Source of the DNA: Lama guanicoe | Lineage: Eukaryota | Reading direction: 5' to 3' | Assembly (NCBI GenBank): GCA_013239625.1 | Contig: MU054049.1 | Span: forward strand, 507,015-571,014 | DNA length: 64,000 bases | Program-made: the position numbers and the translations under genes | The notes under the pieces: model-generated | The model's database searches: none | Seen by the model: only the letters and a program-made list of their open reading frames with translations | Told to the model about the DNA's origin: nothing | Shown: positions 49,301 through 58,751 of the stretch, piece by piece | Position numbering within the stretch: the first letter of the stretch is position 1 | Layout: the number at the start of each line of letters is the position of its first letter

Positions 49301-51564
49301 ACTGTGGAAAAGAAAAATATTGTCTGCCATTCCAGTAAACAAAGAATGTTTGTCCATCTTCAAGCCATCAGCCACTGCAGCCACTCCCAATGGTGGTCCC
49401 TGAGGGGATTCAGGATAGTGAGAAAAAGGATACTGGCCCTAGACAGTTAAGATGTATATCAAAGGAATACAGTTCAGTGAGCCCAGACTTCTGCGTGGAA
49501 AAGCACTAAAATCATTAACTTGAGATGTCTGTTGTGATTAGCAGTAATCCTTTGATGTTTCACTACATGTGTGTTTTCGTTCTTCTTTTCAGCAAAATCT
49601 CCTGTATTTCCTGGCTCCTCCCTTACCTCTTTGAGCTATCCGAGAGGCTGCCTCCCTGGGCTATAGTCCCTAAGTAATGTCCTCAGATAAAGTACAACCC
49701 TCAACTTTTAGGTGGTGCATTTTTTCAGTCAACTGGACTTAAGAAAATGATAAAGAAAATATTAACAATGTAGATTAAATCTAAAAATGTGTCATGTTTG
49801 CAGCTATTACATGGTAAACAGAACAAAATTTGAGGAAATATTCTCCCAGAATTCAAAACTGTTGTCCTGTTCAGCAAAAAAGTCACTTGTGTCATTGACA
49901 AATGAATGGACTTGACTCATTCACCTTCATTGCTTAACTTTCTTCTTACTTGTCAATGTAAACAAAAATACCAGTTAATGTTGGGACTACACTCATCAGT
50001 CAATTGCAAACATAGGGTGACTAAGGATACAAGTGTTCAACAAAAATCAGTGGATGCATTCCATGAGAATCAGCTGGCTATACACACTTGGCAGTAAAGA
50101 GTATTGTATATTGACACATCCTTCACATCAATAACACTTGTTGTGAACTTATATACGTATGTATGCATGTTTGGTTTTTTTTAACAGTGTTGGCAGCACC
50201 TGCTTGGAGGTTCTCTACATCCCCACTGCTGTTTCCTTAGCTTAGGCTATCCATCATTATTCCAGGCTCACTCTCTCCAATCCCGTGCCCATATTACCAC
50301 CAGAATCATCTTTCTAATATTTAAAGGCAATCATGACATCCCCCTCATTAAAATGATCAATGGCCTTCCAGGACCTTCAGGAAGAAAGACAAACTTTATA
50401 GAAGGCCTTCCTTGATCTGCCCTATTCACCTGTGAAGCCTCCTTTCTTATCAGATGTTCACACTCACACTTCACTAAAGTTATGCCAAAGTGCCTGCTGT
50501 TCCCAGAATATGCTTTATTGGTGCCACTGGGCCTTTGCACGTGCTTAATTTTTCCTAGGATGCCTTTCCCCAACTCCTCCTCTCCCACCTCCTGCTAATT
50601 CCCACCTAGCATTCAAACAGTGCTCAGACAGCATCTCTTCCAGAAGCCTGTGCTTTGGCACTTGCTACCACCTTAAGCTGTTGTGCAGGTCCACCTCTCT
50701 GGCTCCTCTACTCATCTGGAATATCTTCTGAGCAGAGAGGTGTCCCCACCACCTAGCATCCAGCCTGGCACCCAGGAGATACCTAGTATGTGCTTGTTGA
50801 ATTGATAAGCTAATTGATTAGTTTCAGCTAAGAGCTTACAGCAAATCACAGGATCTAGCCAGTAGATATTCATCTCTGAATTCAATTGTTCCTTTAAAAA
50901 AAGGTTGTTGAAAGTGTAGAAAAAATCCAACTGAGTTTTTTCTTTCCTTTAGGCACACCGTATGAAACCAGATGAATCATTGACATTTTTCTTTCTTTCT
51001 TTTTTTCATTGTTTTCTGGAAGTCAACCAGACATGGCCTGAGACTCTACCTTAATCACTGACCTCCTATAAGGAATGACCAAAACACTTATTCCTGAAAG
51101 ACAGTGACAGCTATCATTTACTGGGCTAGTCGTATGCTCCCAGCACTAGCGCTGAGCACCTTACATATGTCACCCTATATATCTTCAACATCGTTGCAAA
51201 GTGTGTACTAGTATCCCCATTTAACAGATGATGAAACTGAGTCTCATGAAAGTTAAAGCATCTGTTTGAGTTTGCACAGATGTTGAATAGCCAAGTGGTG
51301 ATTCAAACAAGAACTGGTCTGACTCTAAACTCCAAGTTATCTCATTCTCTACTCATTAAAAGCAAATCAGTCCCTACTAGTAGCCTGGAACAAATCATGC
51401 TCCCAACAACACTGCAAAGAGACTTTGACACACAGCCTACCCCAGCTGAGCTTTCTTATTCCAGATACCCAGACCCAGTGAATGGGTTTGCCCTTCCATT
51501 GATCCAGATAGGAGAAAAGTGAATGAGGCCAAGGAGTACCTGGGTCCTGTGTCAAAGGCTGCAT
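1..51564 (-). CDS. FRMPD2: FRMPD2 (FERM and PDZ domain-containing 2), 5' part; spliced CDS complement(join(1..15,2139..2265,5079..5166,5817..5949,8007..8198,10442..10507,14827..14984,15811..15936,51540..51564)); continues beyond left edge
   Basis: Joined exons give 930 nt with no stop: [37 protein letters not shown]...[22 protein letters not shown]...[16 protein letters not shown]...[20 protein letters not shown]...[14 protein letters not shown], matching my recollection of the human FRMPD2 N-terminus (KIND domain). All introns GT-AG with compatible phases. Confidence 0.96.
960..1003. repeat. (GACA)11 microsatellite
   Basis: Perfect tetranucleotide array. Confidence 0.97.
2139..2265 (-). CDS. 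FRMPD2: FRMPD2 coding exon 8
   Basis: ctggccag|C GCA CTT ... GGA AAG|gtgagc; 127 nt; [42 protein letters not shown]. Confidence 0.93.
2704..3470 (-). mobile_element. 5'-truncated L1 (ORF2 C-terminus, 3' UTR, A-tail)
   Basis: T-rich tail on left, typical L1 3' sequence; flanking direct repeat TAAAAAATAG at 2694-2703 and 3471-3480. Confidence 0.88.
3552..3638 (-). mobile_element. tRNA-derived SINE (camelid Vic-1-like)
   Basis: Reverse complement GGGGGAGGGTATAGCTCAGTGGTAGAG...GGTTCAATCCCC with Pol III A/B boxes and A-tail. Confidence 0.9.
3819..4343 (+). mobile_element. MaLR LTR (MLT1-type), degraded
   Basis: ccaaaaacagccacaattc...gaggtggagtct...ttgaatctggcc...tttgttatgcagc motifs typical of MLT1. 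Confidence 0.65.
4560..4995 (+). mobile_element. 5'-truncated L1 3' end
   Basis: [31 protein letters not shown] (L1 ORF2 C-terminus) followed by 3' UTR and A-rich tail. Confidence 0.9.
5079..5166 (-). CDS. FRMPD2: FRMPD2 coding exon 7
   Basis: ttggttag|TT TCA GAG ... GTT AAC AG|gtgagc; 88 nt; (V)[28 protein letters not shown]; this frame is not in the ORF track. Confidence 0.9.
5176..5345 (+). mobile_element. MIR SINE
   Basis: MIR core ttactagctgtgtgacgttgacaaagttacttgacctttctgagtctgtttcctcatgtgagaaatgg. Confidence 0.8.
5652..5770 (+). mobile_element. tRNA-derived SINE (Vic-1-like)
   Basis: agctcaggcagtagagtacatgcttagcatgcacaagttcctgggttcaatccccagtacctcc plus aaacctaattacc tail. Confidence 0.88.
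5817..5949 (-). CDS. FRMPD2: FRMPD2 coding exon 6
   Basis: cttcag|GTG GAG CGG ... TGT AGA G|gtaggt; 133 nt; [44 protein letters not shown]. Confidence 0.93.
7330..7999 (+). mobile_element. MER3 (hAT-Charlie) DNA transposon, interrupted by an L1 fragment
   Basis: gcactgcccaacagaact...ttctagatctgccctgtcc...gtggctactgaacacttgaaatgtgg...agccacacgcggctggtggct...gcgcagatcta resembles MER3 once 7382-7835 is removed. Confidence 0.75.
7382..7814 (+). mobile_element. Internal L1 ORF2 fragment (region leading into RT) with 21-bp TSD
   Basis: Encodes degenerate KSPGPDG...[19 protein letters not shown]; flanked by AACGTTCTAGATCTGCCCTGT (7361-7381) and AACATTCTAGATCTGCCCTGT (7815-7835). Confidence 0.9.
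8007..8198 (-). CDS. FRMPD2: FRMPD2 coding exon 5 (KIND domain C-terminal part)
   Basis: ctccag|CCC CTG CAG ... TCC CAG|gtcagt; 192 nt; [64 protein letters not shown]. Confidence 0.95.
9656..9770. repeat. (GGAA)n/(GGAG)n purine-rich simple repeat
   Basis: Imperfect ggaa/ggag array. Confidence 0.9.
10442..10507 (-). CDS. FRMPD2: FRMPD2 coding exon 4 (KIND domain)
   Basis: cttgggcag|ATG CAT GTC TAT ... AAT CAG|gtttgt; 66 nt; [22 protein letters not shown] with the KIND/kinase C-lobe VYSLG motif; too short for the ORF track. Confidence 0.95.
10590..11060 (+). mobile_element. MaLR LTR (MLT1J/K-like), degraded
   Basis: tgtggcagacattgttggctggct...ggcagccatcttgtgaccatgag...tagccaaagccatct. Confidence 0.65.
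11452..11490. repeat. (TTA)13 microsatellite
   Basis: Perfect trinucleotide array. Confidence 0.97.
13132..13482. repeat. Compound (GAAA)n/(GGAA)n/(GA)n polypurine tract
   Basis: 257 consecutive purines at 13166-13422, one T, then 59 more. Confidence 0.97.
14240..14274. repeat. (TG)n imperfect microsatellite
   Basis: tgtgtgtgtgcgtgtgtgtgtgtgtgtttgtgtgt. Confidence 0.9.
14827..14984 (-). CDS. FRMPD2: FRMPD2 coding exon 3 (KIND domain)
   Basis: ggtttcag|AT TCC TCA ... TCT CAG|gtaagg; 158 nt; (D)[52 protein letters not shown]. Confidence 0.95.
15811..15936 (-). CDS. FRMPD2: FRMPD2 coding exon 2 (KIND domain start)
   Basis: tctttgcag|GC ATG AGC ... CGT GAT G|gtaaga; 126 nt; (G)[41 protein letters not shown]. 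Confidence 0.95.
17086..17212 (+). mobile_element. Very short young L1 3' end
   Basis: Similar to 3' end of the L1 at 21442-22022; perfect 15-bp TSD CAAAACTGAAATACA at 17071-17085 and 17213-17227. Confidence 0.9.
17707..17854 (+). mobile_element. tRNA-derived SINE (Vic-1-like) inserted in L1
   Basis: A/B boxes, A-rich tail, perfect 14-bp TSD AGAAAGATGCTGTT (17693-17706, 17855-17868). Confidence 0.93.
21055..22022 (+). mobile_element. Young L1 with 5' inversion (21055-~21441 minus; ~21442-22022 plus)
   Basis: Minus [29 protein letters not shown]...CWWEC and plus [21 protein letters not shown]...; (TAAAA)n tail; TSD AAAATATATGATCCA 21040-21054 / AAAATATGTGATCCA 22023-22037. Confidence 0.93.
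27531..28014 (-). mobile_element. MaLR LTR (MLT1C/D-like)
   Basis: tgtaatagcttcctgtggctgcc...ttaccacaaactt...gtgttggcagggcc...aatctccccatctcaggatcctttaacttaatcac. Confidence 0.8.
29863..29993 (-). mobile_element. tRNA-derived SINE (Vic-1-like)
   Basis: A/B boxes on minus; TSD AGCATTCAAT at 29853-29862 and 29994-30003. Confidence 0.92.
30150..30897 (-). mobile_element. ERV-L pol remnant (protease end, RT N-terminus, RNase H fragment) with MLT2-like LTR stub
   Basis: [14 protein letters not shown]...[32 protein letters not shown] (ERV-L RT) and [42 protein letters not shown] (ERV-L RNase H); stops and frameshifts. Confidence 0.9.
30898..31125 (-). mobile_element. MaLR LTR (MLT1A/MST-like), internally deleted
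   Basis: tgtctcagtcagtttgcgctgct...ttataaacaacagacgtttatttctcacaattctgggggctgggaagcccaagatcaag. Confidence 0.8.
31232..31712 (-). mobile_element. 5'-truncated young L1 3' end
   Basis: L1 3' UTR on minus; perfect 13-bp TSD CTTTAATACTTTT at 31219-31231 and 31713-31725. Confidence 0.92.
31917..32049 (-). mobile_element. tRNA-derived SINE (Vic-1-like)
   Basis: ggaggtactggggattgaacccagaacctcctgcatgctaagcatgcgttctacc; flanks share gttgact. Confidence 0.9.
33511..33660 (+). mobile_element. tRNA-derived SINE (Vic-1-like)
   Basis: gggggagggtatagctcagcagtagag...gggttcaatcccc plus A-rich tail. Confidence 0.92.
35965..36084 (+). mobile_element. Short L1 3' end
   Basis: L1 terminal sequence (tgtacaccagaaattgacac); flanking repeat TTTACTTTTGGAA. 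Confidence 0.8.
36177..36693 (-). mobile_element. MER21-like LTR
   Basis: cataccaaaattccagactcccagaaggaaag...ttcccagacatcagccaagggccaatcttgcaagcaggc...tgtgcaca. Confidence 0.75.
37100..38620 (+). mobile_element. Old L1 (L1ME-like) fragments
   Basis: aaaaatgggcaaaaacttgaacaagcac...; 3' UTR motif tgttctgtttcttgatctgggtgctggtt. Confidence 0.75.
38702..39359 (-). mobile_element. ERV1-class solo LTR (658 bp)
   Basis: TG...CA termini (TGTT/AACA inverted ends), 4-bp TSD AAAT (38698-38701, 39360-39363), AATAAA on minus (38798-38803) followed by U5-like tgaattctttctggg...caagaacc. Confidence 0.85.
41070..44260 (+). mobile_element. Old L1 (L1M-type) with 5' region, ORF1 coiled-coil remnant, ORF2 fragments and 3' UTR
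   Basis: ORF 41858-42373 [13 protein letters not shown]...[12 protein letters not shown] is L1 ORF1-like; ORF 43144-43527 [24 protein letters not shown] is L1 ORF2 C-terminus. Confidence 0.88.
44922..45329 (+). mobile_element. 5'-truncated L1 3' end
   Basis: [28 protein letters not shown]; degenerate TSD AAATAATGGCCAGAA 44907-44921 / AAATAATAGCTAGAA 45330-45344. Confidence 0.9.
47655..47830. mobile_element. MER5A-like hAT DNA transposon
   Basis: ggcatcaccagggagcttatcagaaat...tgagtcagaatctggattttaacaaga. Confidence 0.7.
48900..50205 (+). mobile_element. MER63D-like (hAT-Blackjack) DNA transposon interrupted by an LTR
   Basis: gaaattttgcaagctcgttgttaaacacagccattataaaaaatt...ctacaaatcagggcttggtttgttgttttgttgattgtctggac|ttaagaaaatgat... 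Confidence 0.8.
49303..49734 (+). mobile_element. ERV1-class solo LTR nested in MER63D
   Basis: Starts TGTGG, ends ...tcagtcaact (decayed CA); 4-bp TSD GGAC at 49299-49302 and 49735-49738; host element resumes after removal. Confidence 0.8.
51540..51564 (-). CDS. FRMPD2: FRMPD2 coding exon 1 (start codon)
   Basis: ATG CAG CCT TTG ACA CAG GAC CCA G|gtactc = MQPLTQDP(G), resembling human MQPLTKDAG; phase 1 joins exon 2 to form GGC. Confidence 0.88.
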
Positions 51565-51950
51565 CCAAAAAGTCTCCGTGACGGTCTAGGCCTTCATCAT
51601 GGACAGCTTTCCAACAACGAGCAGGGATCTTGTCTCTCCACTCAGCTGCCACTGTCGCCTGTGCTGCTGTCTTTGTTGACTGTTTGTTACTAAGCACTTG
51701 GTGGCCCAGCGAGTGAATCAACAGAGGCTCTGCCCGTTCCGGCTGCTGGCTCGCATGCCCTGAGCCCTGTGCAGACTCTGGCCAGTTAGCAGGCAGAGCC
51801 ACCCAGCAGCCTGCGTCCTCAAAGCCGGTGATCCGCGAGAGAGCCTGTAAGAGCTCAGCTGGATTAGGTGCCACTGAAGGCAATGGGGTTGGGACTCAGC
51901 AGGGGGCTTTTACAATGATGTCACTTTATCTCCTGGTCCAACCAAAAGAA
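51565..51950 (-). promoter_or_regulatory. Probable FRMPD2 5' UTR / proximal promoter (TSS not determinable)
   Basis: Repeat-free, GC/CpG-richer stretch directly upstream of the ATG with forkhead-like TGTTGAC/TGTTTGT (51674-51687), TAATCC on minus (51861-51866), CTCF-like TCAGCAGGGGGCT (51896-51908). Confidence 0.55.
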
Positions 51951-54179
51951 GAGCCCTGCAAGGAACCAGGGGCCGGCCAAGAGCTGAGCCTTACTTAGTT
52001 TCAGTAACTCAACCATTCTCCATGCCCTTTGGACCTGCACCTAAAGGACAGAGCAACATGCAAGATCATAATGAGAAACGATGACCTGGAGCTGCCAGTC
52101 GGAAGGCAAGAGGAATGTGGTTGTGATCATCACATACACACACAACAGCAGCATCATCATCATCGTCATAACAGGACAGAAGGAAAATTTGGGAGGTGAC
52201 AAATACGTTTGTGGCACAGATTGTGGTGATGGTTTCATGCACATATACTGATCTCCAAACTCATCCAGTTGTATACGTTCAATATATACTGCTCTCTGTG
52301 TGTCAATCATCCCTCGATAAAATGTTTTCTTAAAAAATAAGAATGTGGTTGGAGAAAAGGGAAAAGGAATCCTCACACTCTCTGGTGCTCAGGTTCAAAA
52401 GCCAGCAGAGAGAGGGACAGTAAGCATTAGAGTGATCATATCTCTGCAGAGCTAAGGGTGAAAGAACAGCTCTCCAGAGCCCTTTAAATCAACAGCAGTT
52501 TTAAAATGGTGAGACTTTTAAAAAAAAAGAGACACCATGCATTTTACTTTATATACTGACCAAAAGAATAAAATAACGATGTTTCATGAAACCTAGGGCT
52601 TGGTGAGGGCATGGTTGGTGGGAAGTCCCATATGCCAGGAGTGGGAATATAGATTAGTGCAAACTCTCAGCAGGGGCATTTGGTGATATTCATCAAAACT
52701 GAAAATGTACATGTCATTTGCAAAGCCAGCTGTGAGGAACTGACCCCATGAACAGTTTTGCAAAAGGTCACTCAAGCATATGAAACAGATGCTCACTGCC
52801 ACGTATTTTTGTAATAGTGAAAAACTAAAAACCGCTGAAGTGTCCACCAACAGTGGACAGATAAACTGTAGTTCACACACAGTGGCAAACCAACTACACA
52901 CATAGCTTTGCAAAGGAGGCAGGTAGATCTGTGTGTGCTGGCATTCAACATTTGCAAGGAAATCTTTCAAAAAACAAAAGGTGAAAAAAAAACAAAAAAC
53001 AAAAAAACCCAAAAAACAGAAGGTGTGGTCTGTATGAAATTCCTCCTAGTGTAAATACATGCATAATAAATATGCATTATATTCATATCCTACATGTATA
53101 CGTTTTATATGTATGTGTATAATACACAATATATGTTATATAAGTATTACATGTTATATATAAAATATACAATATATGTATAAAATATGTATTCTTTACA
53201 CTATATATAGCATTATATACATTGTAATTTGTATATATTCTTTAACTAGAAGGAATCACTAGAAACTTAATAGTAGTTGCTTTGGGGAGAGAGTTTTTGA
53301 GGTATTAGTCATTAGTTGTTATATATTCAGGGAAATTATTGTCCATTTCTGGATTTTTACCCCTTGTACCCTTGTGTTCTATTACTTAAAAAAAAAAACT
53401 AATAAACATTGTATAATGTTTTACAAAATTTATCTTTTTCCTACTTAAAGCTACTTGCCCTCCATGCTAGCTAGTAAAGCATGTTACAATAATTGCAACT
53501 ATCTTGTGCTATTTCTCCCAAATTTGTCAACTCATCCGATTTAAATGGAAACTTGATTAAATGTAGATTTCCCAGCACCACCCCAGACCTGCTGAACCTT
53601 AACCTCTAGGGGAGAGTCAAGGACATCTGCATTTTAGCAAAGGCCAGGTCATTTTTATTTAGTAATTTATTCAGGTCAACCATGTACAAATGAAGAAACT
53701 GAGTTCCCCAAGGGGAAAGTGAACTCCTGGGGTCATGCGGCTGGTTCATAGCTGAGCAGAGAGCAACTGACGGTCAGTAAATCACTGACACCCAGGCTCA
53801 TGCTGCAGCTTAAAGTCACCAGTGACTCACCTCTTTTGTTACAAACATCAGCAGAGTAATCCCCTCCTATGGTTACCTCTGTTAAGATTTCATTCATTCA
53901 AATTAAAGCAAGGAAAAATCCTAATTCAGTACAGAAATTTTTGAATTTGCATACCTATAAAAAATTCAATTGTTTCACTTTCAAGAACCATGTTAATCCA
54001 TATTTACATACAGTTCTTGAAAGCAGGATAATACAATCAAGTAGAATTCAACACTAAAACGAATTCCCAGTTATGCCTCTTATTTTATGCTTTATATCAA
54101 GGTCCATTGTTGAAATTGTCAGAAATAGCAAATTAATTAAATCTAAAATAATAAAGTTGTATTATTCTAAACAGAATCC

Positions 54180-54700
54180 AGGGCCTCTCATTGCTGCTGA
54201 GAATATGAAAATGGCACGGACACCCTGGAAAACAGTTTGGCAGTCTCTTAAAAATACTAAACATATCTTTGCCAGTAATTGAACTCCTGGGCAATTATCC
54301 TAGAGAAATTAAAACTTCTGTCCACACAGAAACTCATACATAATTGTTTGTCAGCTTTCTTTACAACAGTCAGAGACTGTTAACAACCAAAGTGTCCTAC
54401 AGTAGCTGAATGGTTTAACAAACTGTCCATGGAATCCTACTCAGCAGTGAAAAAGAAGGAACCATTGGTCCATGCAACATGCGAATGGATCTCAGGGACA
54501 TTATGCTGAGTGGAAAAAGCCAAAGGGTCACATATAGTACGACTCTCTATATATGACATTCTTGATATGACAAAATATAATTATAGAGATGGAAATCAGG
54601 TTAGCGACTGCTAGGGGTCAGGGATAGGGGTGGGTGATTATAAAGGAATACCATGAGGGAAATCTTTGGAGTGATGGACTAGTTCTGCATCTTGCTTGAG
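54180..54700 (+). mobile_element. Old L1 (L1MB/MC-like) 3' fragment
   Basis: ctctcattgctgctgagaatatgaaaatggcac...ggaaaacagtttggcagt...cattatgctgagtggaaaaagccaa. Confidence 0.8.
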
Positions 54701-56821
54701 GTGGTGTTTATGCAAAGGATGTGCAGTTCTTCCCATCCCCAAATGCCTAGCCAGAATCTATCTCCTATAGCCTCGGTTCACTCGGCTACCTCCATAGGGT
54801 CCAGGAGGCATCTTTCTTGCTCCTCTACTTGTCTTACATCCTCCTTCCAAAACCTGAGCCTCTTTGAGACACGTGACAAGATGCTCTGCTTCCCTTCTGC
54901 CATCACCTGTTCACTCCTAAGAAGTCCCCAAGTCAGACTCAGGCAAGAAGACCCACTCTGCTCTCCTCTAAAGGCACTCTCCCCAGTGGCTGAGACATCC
55001 ATGGGCCAGGGGTTCATACTGATCAGATCTGTGCCCCTCTTCTGGGTTTTCTTCCAGGTGCCCTGCTCTTCAGCCTAGGACCCTAACTGCTACTCACATA
55101 GAACGTTTTCCCTTTATCACTCTGGTTCCCCTTTGGTTCTCTTTATAGCAGTTATCATTTTTTACTTTAATAGGATATTTTATTCGTCAACTTGTTTGTT
55201 TTCTATCTCCAAACTGACAGATATAAGGGACATGATCCATCTTGCTTAGTGCTTGCAGGAAATTTTCAGCTGCATGTGACAGATGAAACCATAAAAAATG
55301 ACTTAGACAATCAAGGACATCTGTGTTTTCATACAAATGTACATTCAGCAGTTCAACAATGACAGAGCCCTGGGTTGGCATTTCTCTTCATGCTGAAGAA
55401 GGGCTGCTGCAGCTCCAGCCTTCACATCCTAACCCAACCAGCTCAGAGGGGACAGAAAGGACTTCATCCCCTCAAGTCTCTGGAATCTTTCTCTCAATCC
55501 TAGCCAGTTTCTTTTATATGATTGTCCAGATGAAGTCATGGGCCCACTGCTCACCCAAAGTGGAAAGGATGAGGACGATTGGCTCTGATCAGACACAATT
55601 TCTCCCTGGGGAGGACAAGCCCATCTTTCCAGAGCACCTGCTTCCTGGTATATGGCAAAAACATGGGCCCTGAGATGAAGGAAAACTGAGCTGTGTGTCT
55701 AGTGGGTGAAAAACCAAGAATGTCTGCCACAATGCTGCACCCCCAGAACAGGCCCTGCTCAGAACAGATGCCCACTAAATACATGCTGATTGGATGATGG
55801 AATATTTGTGCCCTTACAGACTTAAAAGTGACAGACACAGGACGCAGACAGCACCCATGATGATGCTATAGAGATGTCTCTCTTTGGCCTCAGCTCACTA
55901 GTCTCTCAGCAACCTTGTGAGGTCAATGCCTTTTTGCTATTTTTCAAAGAAGATGATTAAAGCTCAGAGAGGTTAACTGAGCTGGGTAAGGTCACCCAGC
56001 AGGGAAGTGGATACGGTGATCAAACCCATGGAGAATTCCAAAAGCAGCAGAAATTGCACTCAAGAACACAGGAATGATTGATGATAAGAGGTCTTACCAA
56101 GGAGCAGGACCAGGAGTCACTAATTTAATGAGAGTTTCCTGTGTCTCAGGGCTTTTTGTCACACAGTGTATGATTCCAGATGCACACACCCTAGGGAGTG
56201 GGAAGTATTAACCCCATCTTACAGATATAGGAAACTGAGGCTCAGAGAAGTCAAACAATTTGCCCAAGGACACAGCTATAGCAGATGATAGAGTTAGGTT
56301 TGAATTCCAATCAGACTTCAAAACCTGTGTTCCTTCCACTGGAAGAACCAACACAAGGGAAAGCCTTGGCGAGGTAGAGAGGTCACTCTTTCCTTGAGAT
56401 GTGGGAGGGAGAAAAAGGATGAGTGAAAGGCATGGAAATGTTGAGACCAACAGAGGGAATTTGAAAAGTCTCATGTCAGATGGCTTCCGTCCTTCCAGGA
56501 AAGCAGCAGTCAAAGTCATCTGCATGATGAGATTCAGATTGGAAAATGGAAACGATTTGGAGCGAACACTGGGAAGACCAAGATGGTGACAAGTTCAGGA
56601 GGAATAGAGAAGGTACTGAGCAGCAGGTGGACCCAAGGGGCTGGGGCTGTGCAGAGGGTCAGAGACTCAGGAAGGCCAGGGGCAGGTCCAGTGAGGGAGT
56701 GGGTGACTGGGACAAGGCAGGAACAAATGCCAAAGCCTGGCTTAGTCCCTAATACTGCATGTCCTGTTGGTGGGGGAGGGCAGGGATTTTTTTAAAGATC
56801 GGACACCCAGGTTTCAAACCT

Positions 56822-56910
56822 GGGGGGTGGGTATAGCTCAGTGGTAGAGTGTGTGCTTAGCATGCACGAGGTCCTGGGTTCAATCCCCAGTATCTCCATT
56901 AAAAAAAAAA
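56822..56910 (+). mobile_element. tRNA-derived SINE (Vic-1-like)
   Basis: ggggggtgggtatagctcagtggtagagtgtgtgcttagcatgcacgaggtcctgggttcaatccccagtatctccattaaaaaaaaaaa. Confidence 0.93.
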
Positions 56911-58751
56911 ATTGGCTTGAATCAAATCTGGAGCAGATGGTACCTGGGTCGTTTTGAAGACGAATGAGCAGAAAGGAAGCTGTGTATACAGAGAAGGGAA
57001 GATCCTGATAAAGGTCATGAAAGGGGGCGTTCCAGAGCCAGGCTGTGCTGAGAAGGACAGGACTAGGCCAAGCTGGGTCTGTATGTACAGAACAGACAGG
57101 GAGGGCAGGGGCCTGGTGGGGTTGGGGCGGAGCAGTGGACAGAGCCAACCGAGACTGGCAGATCAGCCAGAAGTGTCAGCGCAGGAACTGGGACCTGCTG
57201 CCTTATTTACCGACCTCAGGGCCACAGTTCCAGCTTCTGCCAAGCTCACCTGTCAGGTATATAAGCATCTCACGGATGTACGTTGATTTGGGATGATTGA
57301 CCTTGGTAACTGGCTACTGCCTGCTTAGAAAAAAGGCGGCTGGGTTTTTCTTTGAAACATAATCGAAAGGAAGGCATACCCTTGGCTATGATTCCCATGA
57401 CAAGGTCCTATGGTCCAACCCTGGAAGTCACGAGGAGGAGGCTGAGGGAGGGTCCTCATGGCCCACGCAAGACCACCCACCTCAGGGCCAGGTTCTGTGG
57501 TTGCAGACAACTTTTCCCTGCCCATGATGGTTTGGGTGGCTCCCCTCTCAGGTGCAATGAGTTAAATGAAACATTCTGGCCTAGGAGGAAAAGAAGACAA
57601 GTCCAGAGCTTAGAGACAGAGCAGCAGTGAGTTGGGGCCAGAATCCACTGAAACCAGCTCTGCAGACAGAAGAGGAGCAGACAAGGGAAACTCAGCGTGC
57701 AAACAGATGGAGATGATCAGAGGTCAAGGCCACCTAAGGTGAAGCTTGAAGACCCAGAGGTCCCATGTCCTTTCTTCCTGTAGCAACAGGCAAGGTGCCA
57801 GCTGCTGGCAAGGTGCTAGGAAGAGACAAATGATGCTTTGAGAGCCCAATCAAAAAAATAAACACCAAATTCAGGAAAGGGGCCCATTGGCAGGTGCCTT
57901 CTCTGCACTGAGAAGGTGGGCTTTGCCAGGGCTGACCCTTTGTCGTTGCTAACTTCCACATGACAAGGAGAAGTAGACCCTCTGGATTTGTCCATGAAGA
58001 AAGGGCCCCAGCACACAATCTTCCCACCACTTCTCGCTCAAGTGTTTTCTTTGGTGAATGAGATGGATTTCATTCAAAAATGGCCCATGATGGCTTTGGC
58101 TCATACACAGTCTGTGCTGATAGTGCTGCTCTTGGCTCAACAGATGAGAAGGTAGGGGCTTGCTGCGGGGCTCTGGGCCACACACACAGCTGTACCGCCC
58201 CAGCCTTCCTGCGCCTTCCATGGCCCACCCATCTGGGAAGAGAAATTCTGCCTCTGCTGGTCTTCCCCCAGCTCCTGCTGTGGCCTCCATTCTGCCTGAG
58301 TTTTCCATTCACAGACTGATGCCTGGCCTGAAAAAAAAAAATAGAACAAGAATGAAGCTTATCTCTATCACTCAATCACCCCTTCATTCATCTCTCCCAC
58401 CACTCAAAGGCCCCCGGAATCTGGATGAGTTAATTTACCTCTCTGCTACAATGGAATGATTGTGAGAATTAAATGAGCTAGTGCATGGGTGTCTCTGGTA
58501 TATTTAATGTGCTCAATACAGGTTAATCAGTATTATTATTCCTGTTTACATTCTCATCTATATTATTTCCTCAAATATTTACTGAAATCAACTCTGCAGC
58601 AGGCACACTTTTTGTAGAGTGCAAAGAAAAATGGTATGTGAGACCTGTGTTTAACCAGTTTAGGGCTGGAGAGGTCTGCAACACCACCACCCCTGTATCT
58701 ACTTCAGGAGCCTATTACCTGTAAGAAAAAAAATTTATATATATATATATA

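Noticed and set aside
51437..51883. 148-aa ORF overlapping exon 1
   Set aside because: Starts at TTG, is out of frame with FRMPD2 and has no recognisable homology.
56822..56898. tRNA-like sequence with A and B boxes (and similar copies elsewhere)
   Set aside because: Multiple diverged copies with A-tails and TSDs: SINEs, not tRNA genes.
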